Shown piece after piece: positions 9,973 to 20,018 of a stretch of 64,000 nucleotides of DNA. The translations under genes and the position numbers were made by a program. Numbering within the stretch: the first letter of the stretch is position 1; each line of letters opens with the position of its first letter. The notes below the pieces were generated by a model. It searched no databases. It worked only from the letters and a program-made list of their open reading frames with translations, and was not told the DNA's origin. Location of the stretch: positions 16,849-80,848 of the IMG/VR virus record IMGVR_UViG_2910822364_000002. One strand, given 5' to 3'. This DNA comes from a virus. Taxonomy: Duplodnaviria; Caudoviricetes.

Positions 9973-12295
9973 AACCTTAAGTCAGGCACTTCGGATGGAT
10001 AAGGAACGCTTCAAAGTTCCGAAATCAGTCCAACAGGCAATTCCCATCCAGCGAATCTGGCCGGATGGAATTTTTCAACAGGGAACGAAATTCTCAAAAA
10101 CATATCGTTTTACAGATATCAACTATTATATTGCGAGTAAGGACAATAAGACAGAAATGTTTCTGGATTATTCCGAACTCTTAAATTCACTGGATTCCGG
10201 CATTTCTGCCAAAATTACCATCAATAACCGGAGAATCAATAAAGAAGAATTTGAAAAATCAATCCTGCTTCCAATGAAGGAAGATGGACTGGACCACTAT
10301 CGGGAAGAATACAACGAAATGCTCCTGTCTAAGATTACAGGAACAAACAACAGCATCTATCAGGAACGGTATCTGACTGTCAGTGTACATAAAAGATCGA
10401 TTGACGATGCAAGAACCTATTTTGCACGTATCGGAACAGACATCGTAACACATCTGGCAAAGTTATCGTCCACAGCAGAAGGACTGGACGCAGAGAGCCG
10501 GCTCCAGATTTTCAGGGACTTCTTCAAGGGAGATGTCCCACAGGCATTTCCGTTTGATCTGAAACAATTTGCCAAGAAGGGAACAAGTTTCAAGGACTGG
10601 ATGTGTCCGGATTCTATGGAATTTGAACGTGACCATTTTAAAATCGGTGACAGGTACGGAAGAGTCCTGTATATGCAGGATTATGCAAGTTATGTTAAAG
10701 ATGACATGATTTCAGAACTGTGTGACTTCAGCCGGAATCTGATATTGTCGATTGATATCCTGCCAGTCCCTACGGATGAAGCGGTAAGGGAAATCCAGAA
10801 CCGACTGCTTGGTGTGGAAACCAACGTGACCAACTGGCAGAGAAGGCAGAACGCTAATAATAACTTCTCGGCAATCGTACCATACGATATGGAACTTCAG
10901 AGAAAAGAAACCAAGGAAATGCTCGATGATCTGACAACCAGAGACCAGCGTATGATGTTCGGAATTTTGACAATGGTACATCTGGCAGACAGTAAAAAAC
11001 AGTTGGATTCCGATACGGAATTATTATTGTCGATAGCAAGAAAGCATCTGTGCCAGATGGCAACATTAAAGTGGCAGCAAGTGGACGGACTCAATACAGT
11101 GCTTCCTTACGGACTGCGAAAGATCAATGCCCTGCGTACATTGACAACGGAATCAACGGCTGTTTTAATCCCGTTCCATACACAGGAAATCCTGCAGCCG
11201 GGCGGTATCTATTATGGGCAGAATGCAGTCAGCAAGAACCTTCTGGTAGCCGACCGGAAGAAACTGATGAATGGAAACAGTTTCCGGTTGGGCGTCAGTG
11301 GATCAGGAAAGAGCTTTTCGGCAAAAGAAGAGATTGTGCATCTGGCATTGAGTACCGATGACGATATCCTGATTCTTGATCCGGAGTCCGAATTCACAAA
11401 ATTAGTAGAGGCTCTGGGTGGACAGGTTGTAAAAGTATCTGCGACATCAGACAATCACCTGAATGCAATGGATATGGACGCAGCCTACGGCAATGAAAAG
11501 AATCCACTGATTGAAAAATCGGAGTTTATTCTGTCTGTATTTGAACAGTTGGTTGGAGCAGGAAACCTGTCAGCAAAAGAAAAGTCAATCCTGGACCGCT
11601 GTGCTGCAGATGTGTACCGGGATTATATCCGAAGTGGTTATACCGGAGAAGTTCCGACATTGAAAGATATGTACCGACAGTTGATGTTACAGCCGGAAGA
11701 AGAGGCAAGGGGACTTGCACTGTCATCCGAACTTTTTATCAATGGAAGCCTGAACACCTTTGCACAGCCGACCAATGTGAATAAGAAGAACAGGATCATG
11801 GATTATGATATCCGGGAACTGGGGGAACAGCTTATGCCACTGGGAATGCTGGTTACCTTAGACAGTATTTTCAACAGGGTAATTCAGAACTGGAAAGAAG
11901 GAAAAACGACATGGATATTTGCCGATGAGTTCTATCTGTTATTCCGCTATGAATACAGTGCAAATTTCTTCTACCGACTGTACAAGAGAATCAGAAAATA
12001 CAATGGATTCGTGACAGGTTTAACCCAAAATGTTGAGGAACTTCTGAAATCGGACACTGCAAGACTGATGTTGGCAAACAGTGAGTTTTTGATTCTTTTG
12101 AATCAGGCAAGTACAGACAGGGAAGAATTGGCAGCTCTTTTGAATATTTCCGAAAACCAACTGTCCTATATTACAAATGTATCGGTTGGCAGTGGCCTAA
12201 TCCGTTGCTCTGGGAATATCGTACCATTTGAGAATACGTTCCCAAAGAATACAGACCTTTATAAACTAATGACAACAAAACCGGGAGAATCATAA
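9956..12295 (+). CDS. virB4: VirB4-like conjugation ATPase
   Basis: Walker A GVSGSGKS, Walker B FADEF, RKYNG..TGLTQN. Confidence 0.95.
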   Translation: MMPLIKTLSQALRMDKERFKVPKSVQQAIPIQRIWPDGIFQQGTKFSKTYRFTDINYYIASKDNKTEMFLDYSELLNSLDSGISAKITINNRRINKEEFEKSILLPMKEDGLDHYREEYNEMLLSKITGTNNSIYQERYLTVSVHKRSIDDARTYFARIGTDIVTHLAKLSSTAEGLDAESRLQIFRDFFKGDVPQAFPFDLKQFAKKGTSFKDWMCPDSMEFERDHFKIGDRYGRVLYMQDYASYVKDDMISELCDFSRNLILSIDILPVPTDEAVREIQNRLLGVETNVTNWQRRQNANNNFSAIVPYDMELQRKETKEMLDDLTTRDQRMMFGILTMVHLADSKKQLDSDTELLLSIARKHLCQMATLKWQQVDGLNTVLPYGLRKINALRTLTTESTAVLIPFHTQEILQPGGIYYGQNAVSKNLLVADRKKLMNGNSFRLGVSGSGKSFSAKEEIVHLALSTDDDILILDPESEFTKLVEALGGQVVKVSATSDNHLNAMDMDAAYGNEKNPLIEKSEFILSVFEQLVGAGNLSAKEKSILDRCAADVYRDYIRSGYTGEVPTLKDMYRQLMLQPEEEARGLALSSELFINGSLNTFAQPTNVNKKNRIMDYDIRELGEQLMPLGMLVTLDSIFNRVIQNWKEGKTTWIFADEFYLLFRYEYSANFFYRLYKRIRKYNGFVTGLTQNVEELLKSDTARLMLANSEFLILLNQASTDREELAALLNISENQLSYITNVSVGSGLIRCSGNIVPFENTFPKNTDLYKLMTTKPGES

Positions 12296-12645
12296 TGAAG
12301 AAAAAAGAAGAAGTAACGATAACTTTTTATGCTGCAGAGTGCGGTGAGTTCCATGATTTAGGAGAATATACAAAATGCAGAACGCTGGAAGAGGCATATA
12401 AAAAGTACCAGAAATATTGTAGAACATCTGCCAATATGTGTCCGGCTATTGAGTTTTCTATTCATGATCCAGAATCAATTTATTCAGACATGGAATATCC
12501 ATTACCGTTGTCATCAAAAGACAGGGGAGACTTGGAACTTGTGCCATATTACAACGAACATCCACTGGTAAATGAGGCAATCAGACAGGTGGAGCAGTTG
12601 CAGAAACAGCAGGAAAAAAAGAAACATCGGGATGTTGCCCGATGA
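12295..12645 (+). CDS. ICE hypothetical protein
   Basis: ORF coupled to the virB4 stop; ends KKKHRDVAR. Confidence 0.65.
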   Translation: MKKKEEVTITFYAAECGEFHDLGEYTKCRTLEEAYKKYQKYCRTSANMCPAIEFSIHDPESIYSDMEYPLPLSSKDRGDLELVPYYNEHPLVNEAIRQVEQLQKQQEKKKHRDVAR

Positions 12646-12674
12646 GATAAGAGATACGGAAAGAGGGTGACCGG

Positions 12675-14366
12675 ATGAAAGATATCAAGGAACGGGTAAG
12701 GGATAAGAATCCGAAGATTCGAAATCCGGCTGCCCGACTTCCGAAAGAACTGGTTCGCTCAGCGGTTCTGGAAGCAAAAGAAAAGCCAAGGGAACTACAT
12801 GAAAAAAGCAGTGGGCAGTCAGAATCCCCAACACAGTATGGAACTGAAAAAATAGAATCCGTACAGTACAGAGCGGCGAGTGTGGCAGGAAAAAGTATAG
12901 GGAAAACCACATATCAAGGTGGAAAAAAACTTGCTGGAGTGACCTACAGGAAGATAAAGGAAAGAAAAAGCAGACAGGAAGAAGCGAAAGCTGCCGAAGA
13001 AGCAATGGAGCAGGGGGCAGAAAGCGGAAAGAAATTAATCAAGTTGAAACCGGAGCAGGCAGCACTTGCCAAGGAGAATGGTAAACGGCAGGTGAAAGCA
13101 GCACCGAGAGTGGTAAAAGTATCCGGTCTGTCTCAAGAAAAAATAAAGACACAGGCATCCATGCAGAAACAGCAGATGGAAAAAAGTCTTCAGGCGATGC
13201 AGAAAGCAAGAGCAGCCCAGATGGCAAGAAAGTCAGCACAGGCATCGGCAGAAAGTGGAAAAGCAGTCCTTCAGGTAACTGGAAAGGGTTCAAAGTTATC
13301 CGTACAGGGAATTACAGCAGCGATTCAAAAAGGGGTAGTAGCTCTTGAAAAAATGGGAAAATGGATTGCTGCCGGAGGTAGTGCATTTCTTCTGGTATTT
13401 ATTCTGATTGTGGGAATCATTGCAGGAGCAGCTTTCAGCAGTAATTCGGAAAGCTCCGAATCCCTAAGTGAAGAAGTGCTTGCGTATACTTCTGTGATAC
13501 AGCAGTATGCATCCCAATACGGCATTCCGGAATATGTGTCTGCGATACAGGCCATCATGATGCAGGAATCTGGAGGCAGGGGAACAGACCCGATGCAGTG
13601 TTCGGAAAGTCCATATAATACAAGATTCCCACACACTCCTGGTTCTATTACTGATCCGGATTATTCGATAGAGGTTGGAGTACAGACCTTTGCAGACTGT
13701 ATCAGACAGGCAGGATGCAGCAGTCCACAGGATCTGGACAAGCTGAAACTTGCATGGCAGGGATATAACTATGGAAATGGCTACATAGGATGGGCATTGC
13801 AAAGAGGCGGTTATACAGAAGCCAATGCATTGCAGTTTTCACAGGAACAGGCAGCTTCGCATGGATGGAGCAGTTACGGAGATCCCCAATACGTTCCCCA
13901 TGTGATGCGGTATTATTCCGGTGGCAGCCTGTTTGCTGGTTTGTTTGGTAATCAGCAGATTGTGTCGGTTGCAATGGGGCAGCTTGGAAACAGTGGCGGT
14001 CAGAAGTTCTGGAGCTGGTACGGATTTGACAGTCGGGTAGAATGGTGTGCCTGTTTTGTAAGCTGGTGTGCGGATCAGAGCGGTCTGATTGCAAGTGGGA
14101 ATGTTCCTAAATTCTCATTGTGCAGTGATGGAGTGTCCTGGTTTCAGGGAAAGAATAAGTGGCAGAGTGGCGGAACAACTCCGACAGCTGGAATGATCAT
14201 CTTTTTTGACTGGGATCATGATGGAACATCGGATCATGTAGGAATAGTAGAAAAGTGTGAAGGTGGAAGAGTTTACACGATTGAGGGAAATTCCAGTGAT
14301 CAGGTACGGCAGAGAAATTATGCAGTAGATTACAGTTCTATAATGGGATATGGGGTGATAAATTGA
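12675..14366 (+). CDS. CwlT-like conjugative peptidoglycan hydrolase (lysozyme-like + CHAP)
   Basis: AIMMQESGGRGTDPMQ lysozyme-like domain; WCACFVSWCA ... HVGIVE ... TIEGNS CHAP domain; central TM. Confidence 0.9.
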   Translation: MKDIKERVRDKNPKIRNPAARLPKELVRSAVLEAKEKPRELHEKSSGQSESPTQYGTEKIESVQYRAASVAGKSIGKTTYQGGKKLAGVTYRKIKERKSRQEEAKAAEEAMEQGAESGKKLIKLKPEQAALAKENGKRQVKAAPRVVKVSGLSQEKIKTQASMQKQQMEKSLQAMQKARAAQMARKSAQASAESGKAVLQVTGKGSKLSVQGITAAIQKGVVALEKMGKWIAAGGSAFLLVFILIVGIIAGAAFSSNSESSESLSEEVLAYTSVIQQYASQYGIPEYVSAIQAIMMQESGGRGTDPMQCSESPYNTRFPHTPGSITDPDYSIEVGVQTFADCIRQAGCSSPQDLDKLKLAWQGYNYGNGYIGWALQRGGYTEANALQFSQEQAASHGWSSYGDPQYVPHVMRYYSGGSLFAGLFGNQQIVSVAMGQLGNSGGQKFWSWYGFDSRVEWCACFVSWCADQSGLIASGNVPKFSLCSDGVSWFQGKNKWQSGGTTPTAGMIIFFDWDHDGTSDHVGIVEKCEGGRVYTIEGNSSDQVRQRNYAVDYSSIMGYGVIN

Positions 14367-14536
14367 TGGTTTCTTTCATAATTTGTTAAGGATTTTATAA
14401 GGGAGTTAATGAATCCTTTGGAAAATAGTCACAAAATAGACACAGTTGATTGATAAATTGTTATTGTAACTTTTAGTGATAGACATATAAAGAGTTAGAA
14501 ATCTTTATAATTGACTTGAATTAGGAGGTAGTGAAT

Positions 14537-16798
14537 ATGAGTGATCAGAATGTAAAAGCAGCACAAAAATATTTAAATGCGATGTTTGGTGGACATAAGG
14601 ATTGAGTAAAACTGGATGAAGATGGAAAGACCGGAACAGCCGTGATGCAGGGAATCATTCGTGCATTTCAGATTCAGAATGGAATCTCAACGATTACAGG
14701 AACGGTTGGACCACTTACTATTAATACCATGAAGAAGTTAGCCATTATTACAAAAATGGATCCGAATGATACTCCGCAGGTTAATGTATGCTTGATTCAG
14801 TGTGCTCTGTTTTGCAAAGGATATGCTGCTGGAGGAATTACTGGAATTTATTATACATCAGGAGTAAATGCAGTTAAAAAGATGCAGGAAAATGCAGGAC
14901 TGGAAGTTACGGGCAAAATTGATTGGAAAGTTTGGTCTGGATTGTTATCCCTAAACTGGTTTACAAAGGTTTCTGGTGGGGATTCCAATATTGTTCTTAT
15001 TCAACAGCAATTAAATAGTGACTGGTCAGATGTTATTGGTGTTGGACCTTGTGATGGAATTGCCTCAAGACAGACAATTTTGTCTTTAGTTGGTGCATTG
15101 CAGGCGGCTGAAGGAGTTACAACTGAATTAATTACAGATTTGAATTCAGTTAATTTTGGCGATGCAACAACAAATGCGTTTCCGGGTACATTACAGAACG
15201 GACAGAACTCGACGAAATATGTTCCATTTAATAAGATTGCTCAATACGGACTATATTTTAACGGATATAATCCGGGAAGATTCGATGGCGTGTTTGATTC
15301 GACTACAGAGTCAAAGGTGTCAGAATTTCAGGAGTTTTATGGTCTGACAGGAATTGGACTTGTAACAAAAGGAAAAGTAAATGTTTCTACTATGAAATCA
15401 TTGCTTACGAGTAAAGGCGATACAAACAGGGCAGCAAAAGCGTGTGACTGTGCAACAGTATTAAATAAACAACAGGCATTAGATATAAAAAATGCAGGGT
15501 ATACTCATGTAGGACGTTATCTGACAGGTTCTGTTGGAAAAGAACATACACCGAAATATTTGACATCAACAGAAGTGAAAAACATTGAAAATGCAGGATT
15601 ATCGGTATTCCCGATATATCAGGATGGAGGATATGAATTAAACTATTTTAAGGATCCGTCCCAGGGAAGTGTTGATGCACAGACAGCAATTTTAGCAGCC
15701 GAGAGAATCGGTATACCAAGTGGAACGACTATATACTTTGCAGTGGATTTTGATTGTTATTCATATCAGATTGATACATTTATTATACCTTATTTTGAAC
15801 AGATTCACATGATCTTTTTCAGTTCGACAAATGATAAAAATTATAAAGTCGGCATTTATGCACCAAGATATGTATGTACTAAAGTTTATGAAGCAGGATT
15901 GGCAAGTAAATCATTTGTGGCAGATATGTCAACTGGATTTAGCTGTAATTTGGGATATTCGATGCCGAAGAACTGGGCATTTGATCAATTTTGTGAGTTG
16001 AACTCATTTTCTTCATCACCTTCGTTCCCACTGGATAAAGATGCATATTCAGGGAGAGATACTGGATTTAAAAAGTTCGATGCCGTATCGACAAAAACAG
16101 ATGAGGAAATAGCGCAAGAAAATCTTCGGGCAAAGGTAAAAATAGCACGAAATCAATATGTCTATAATGTAATGGAGCCGCTTGGTTATCTGAATAAAAT
16201 TATGGATGTGGGTGTGGAGTATGATAAGGAAATTTCACTGGGAACAATGATGAGTCCTCAAGGAGCAATTGATATTTCTACTAAAATATCCACATCGCTT
16301 GAAAGTTCAACTGGTAAAATTTATAATATAAAAGTGGATATAGGAAATGATGGAGAATTGACACAAACTTGCAAAAATCAAATTATGGAGATTTCATCAA
16401 ATTTATCAGATACAGGTATAGAGGGAGCAGATAACTTTGGAAATACGATAGAAAAAATTGCTTTATCGGTTAAATCTGGTAATATTGCTTTTGAAATAAA
16501 TAATGTTTTTGCCAATAGTGTAGAGTTTTCCATTGTATTTAGTACATCAGATTTGCTGCCAGAAGAGGAAAAAGAGTGGACAATATCGGTTGCTTTGATT
16601 TTTACAATGACATTAAATTCTAATAGTGGTCTTGAATTTAATGTTGTAGAATTCACAAAAGAGCATAGTAATATACTGGCAGGAGCCGTAATATTAGTTC
16701 TTGCGGGTGCATTAGTTGTAAATGCAATTCCGTCAATTATTGCTTTATTTTCAGCTGGAGCAGGTACTGTTTTTGGTTTGTTGATTCAAGCGCTGTAA
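14537..16798 (+). pseudogene. YbfG/YkuG/BacA-like protein (peptidoglycan-binding repeats + DUF1906 glycoside hydrolase + C-terminal TM) with in-frame TGA at codon 23
   Basis: RBS AGGAGG then ATG 14537; MSDQNVKAAQKYLNAMFGGHKD-TGA(14603-14605)-VKLDEDGKTG continues in frame into ORF 14642-16798; VGRYLTG and IYFAVDFD DUF1906 motifs. Confidence 0.75.
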
Positions 16799-16824
16799 AT
16801 TGTAAAAGAATAAAAGAGACAATG

Positions 16825-16859
16825 GCCAGAGGTTCGATTTTATAAAGAGGACCTCTGGC
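16825..16859 (+). terminator. Stem-loop after the hydrolase gene
   Basis: GCCAGAGGT...ACCTCTGGC inverted repeat. Confidence 0.5.
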
Positions 16860-16878
16860 AAAAGGGGGATTAAGAAGA

Positions 16879-17439
16879 ATGCATATTAAATCAATTGTGT
16901 CAGATGAGGATAGGGAAGAATTAGAAAGAATGCTTTCGCTTGGGTTTATAATTCCTAATCAATTATTTAAAACAAGACAGAAAAGTAGAATGATTATCTA
17001 TATTTTTACACCTGTAGAATTTTTACTGTCGATTAATTGTTATCTGTCGGAAAGTTATTTGATGTTTGGAATAGGGATTGGAACTTGTGTGGCTTGTGTG
17101 GCTTGGATTATTTGGTATCAAATGATTGGTAAAAATTTTGAAAAAAATGTTCATGAATTTGTCTGGGGTAGATCAGGATATGAAACGGTGGATATCGATG
17201 AAAACGCAATTAAAATAGATGAAGATCAAATTTATGAATTTAAAAATATTGATAGAATGTTCTTATATAAAAACTTCTTTTTTTTCATAACAAATGAAAA
17301 GAAAATATTTATATTTAAAACGACAGATATGGAGTCGGATGAACTTATAAAAATTATTAAAACAACAGGGATTTTATTTGAAAAAAAAGAAAAACCATTT
17401 AATATTTATAAGTATTGTAAAAAAGGAAAAAGTTTTTAA
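16879..17439 (+). CDS. Two-TM membrane protein (YcxB-like C-terminus); candidate immunity protein
   Basis: Two N-proximal TM helices, AT-rich, directly downstream of the hydrolase. Confidence 0.6.
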   Translation: MHIKSIVSDEDREELERMLSLGFIIPNQLFKTRQKSRMIIYIFTPVEFLLSINCYLSESYLMFGIGIGTCVACVAWIIWYQMIGKNFEKNVHEFVWGRSGYETVDIDENAIKIDEDQIYEFKNIDRMFLYKNFFFFITNEKKIFIFKTTDMESDELIKIIKTTGILFEKKEKPFNIYKYCKKGKSF

Positions 17440-17842
17440 AAATAAGCAGAGGATGGTGGATTTATCATCCTTTTAGAGAAGAGCATGTATTTTAAAGGGA
17501 ATCTGGTTTTGCAGGTTCCCTTTTTGCCATCAAAAACGTTGATGTTTTATCAAATGACGCTAAAAATAAAAAGAATAATGCAGGGGGTGACATTATTAGT
17601 TATCGCTGTAATATTTGGATAAAATATAAATAAAACATAAAAAATATAAATAAATTATAAAATGGCGACAGTTTTTTCTTGTTCAAGTGTTTATTATATA
17701 GAGGACAAAATAAGACAGCAAAGGAAGTGGTGCTGTTGCATCGGAAAAATGACACAAAATTAGTGATGTCCATTCGGGAAAAGAATTGAAGGGGATTCTT
17801 TTCCCCATTTGTCGTGTTACGAAAGACTGAGGGTAAGAAAAT

Positions 17843-18556
17843 ATGCTAGAACTTGCAATCTGTGATGATGACATCATCCTATGTAATTGGTTAGAACAGA
17901 AGCTGCTCCATTATGGGAAAGCGAATGACTGTCAGATATCTATAGAAATATACTATTCTGCGGAGCAGCTTCTTAACAGGCTGGAAGAAGAATCCTACGA
18001 TATGTTATTCCTTGATATTTGTCTGGAACATGAGAATGGAATTGATATCGGAACGGAGATACGAAAGAAAAATTATGGAAAAGAACTGCGGATTACCTAT
18101 ATTTCAACATATCAGGAATATGCTATGAAATTATTCCGTATTCATCCATTTGATTTTCTTGTAAAGCCAATCCGAGAGGAAGAACTTTTCCGGGTGATAG
18201 GTGAATTACGGGAACTGTTAAAAGAACGGAAGAAAATATTTGAATATACGGATACAAAAGGAATCCACAAGATTTCTTATGACAAGATCCTGTATTTTTA
18301 TAGTCTGGGAAAAAGAGTACATATCGTGACATCGGAAAAAGAATATGAATATCGAGGAAAATTAAAGGATGTAGCGGATGTAACAGAAGAATATTTCTTA
18401 CTGATTCACAAGTCCTATCTCATCAATATGGAACACGTGGAGCATTACGAATATGACAACGTGGTTATGAAAGACAAGACACGTCTCAGTATCAGTAAAG
18501 CAAATCGCAAGAAGGTCAGGGAAAGACTATTACAAACGGAGAAGAAAAGATTATGA
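17843..18556 (+). CDS. LytTR-family response regulator
   Basis: ICDDD receiver start, FLDI phospho-Asp, FLVKP, C-terminal IHKSYLINM LytTR motif. Confidence 0.93.
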   Translation: MLELAICDDDIILCNWLEQKLLHYGKANDCQISIEIYYSAEQLLNRLEEESYDMLFLDICLEHENGIDIGTEIRKKNYGKELRITYISTYQEYAMKLFRIHPFDFLVKPIREEELFRVIGELRELLKERKKIFEYTDTKGIHKISYDKILYFYSLGKRVHIVTSEKEYEYRGKLKDVADVTEEYFLLIHKSYLINMEHVEHYEYDNVVMKDKTRLSISKANRKKVRERLLQTEKKRL

Positions 18557-19827
18557 ATATCCATTTGATCACTTATCTGACAAGTAAATTATTCTGGATT
18601 TATACTGTGTTCCGTTACAATACCATCCTGTATCCAAAAAATGAGGATACACAAAAGCTATTTGCATATTTTTGTGCATATCTGCTTTCATGCTGGGGAA
18701 GCATGCAGTGGGGAACGATGTACGGAGATCTGATCTTTGAGCTGATAGCTCTGTTAATTATAACAGTGGCATATCAGGCAGACTGGCAACATCATGTCTG
18801 GAATACACTTATGGTATATATTATGGGAATTTTATGTGATGGGATTCCAATCGTGTTCTTTCAACGGTATGCGGTAGCAAGAAATCCGGTGCATCATCAC
18901 ATGGGACCGGGAACTATTGTAATGGGAAATTTTATATTCTTTTTACTGGAAGTCATTATTGAAAGAAAAGTAGGTGTAAAGAGAAGTTATTATATAAAGA
19001 ACCGTCATTGGCTTGCTATGCTTTCTGTCCCGGTGATCAGCATTATAGTCTGTATCAGGATATTGCTGCCAGACAGAAGAGGTGTGCGGTCTACGATTGT
19101 ATTATTCTTACTGTTTATCAATGTGTTTATTTTCTATCTGCACGATGAGGTTCAGAAAAGTTATATTGAAACAGCAAAACAGGAAGAGATGAAAATTCAG
19201 ATGAGCCAGTATGCAAAAGAACTGGAGATGATGATGAAATCACAGGACAGGCTGAATAAGATACATCATGATTACAAGCACCATCTTACAACAATAGGGG
19301 CAATGGCAAAAACGGGAGGAAATGAAGAGATTCTATCGTATCTGAAACAAATGGAGAATATAGCCGGAACAGCCTTATGTCATCATTTATATACAGAAAA
19401 CCGTAATATGAATAATCTGCTGAATTATATTTTGGAAGATTCGAAATCAGTAATTGAAAATCCGGAGATTTCTGTAGAAATACCGAATCATATAGGGGAA
19501 GAATTATTTGATATAAGTATAATAGTGGGAAATCTTATGGATAATGCTATTCGTGGGACAGCAGCTTCAGATGAAAGGAGATTATCGTTTCAGATGTATT
19601 ATGGAAAAGGAATCATGAATATCCAGATTGAGAATAGCATAAAAGATACACCAAAAGTGCGGAATGGAATTTATCTGACAACGAAAAGCAGGAAAGAAGG
19701 ACATGGAATAGGATTACAAAATGTGAAACTCGTAGTAGAAAAATATCATGGTCAGATGGAGATCTGCCATACGGAGAAATCCTTTCAAGTGAAAATATTA
19801 TTATATATGAAATTAGATGAAAAATAG
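18553..19827 (+). CDS. GHKL sensor histidine kinase (AgrC/VirS-like)
   Basis: Multiple N-terminal TMs, HHDYKHHL H-box, GNLMDNAI N-box, HGIGL G-box; overlaps the regulator stop. Confidence 0.92.
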   Translation: MNIHLITYLTSKLFWIYTVFRYNTILYPKNEDTQKLFAYFCAYLLSCWGSMQWGTMYGDLIFELIALLIITVAYQADWQHHVWNTLMVYIMGILCDGIPIVFFQRYAVARNPVHHHMGPGTIVMGNFIFFLLEVIIERKVGVKRSYYIKNRHWLAMLSVPVISIIVCIRILLPDRRGVRSTIVLFLLFINVFIFYLHDEVQKSYIETAKQEEMKIQMSQYAKELEMMMKSQDRLNKIHHDYKHHLTTIGAMAKTGGNEEILSYLKQMENIAGTALCHHLYTENRNMNNLLNYILEDSKSVIENPEISVEIPNHIGEELFDISIIVGNLMDNAIRGTAASDERRLSFQMYYGKGIMNIQIENSIKDTPKVRNGIYLTTKSRKEGHGIGLQNVKLVVEKYHGQMEICHTEKSFQVKILLYMKLDEK

Positions 19828-19849
19828 TAAGGCGATGGTGTCTTACTAT

Positions 19850-19901
19850 TTTTTTCGACCGATTTCGTCTATTTTTGCCACCTCAAGGGGCATTTTTACC
19901 A
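19850..19901 (+). promoter_or_regulatory. Candidate LytTR-binding direct repeats (21-bp period)
   Basis: ATTTTTGCCA (19871), ATTTTTACCA (19892) and weaker TTTTTTCGAC (19850) upstream of the 20019 gene. Confidence 0.35.
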
Positions 19902-20018
19902 TTTATGAAAATTTTGTGATTTTTTAGATTATAGTAGTGCCAAAGTCAGAAAAAAGGAGGGTAGCGGTTATTTTGTAAAGGAATTATAGAAAAAGATTAC
20001 AAGAGGGAGAAAGAGACT

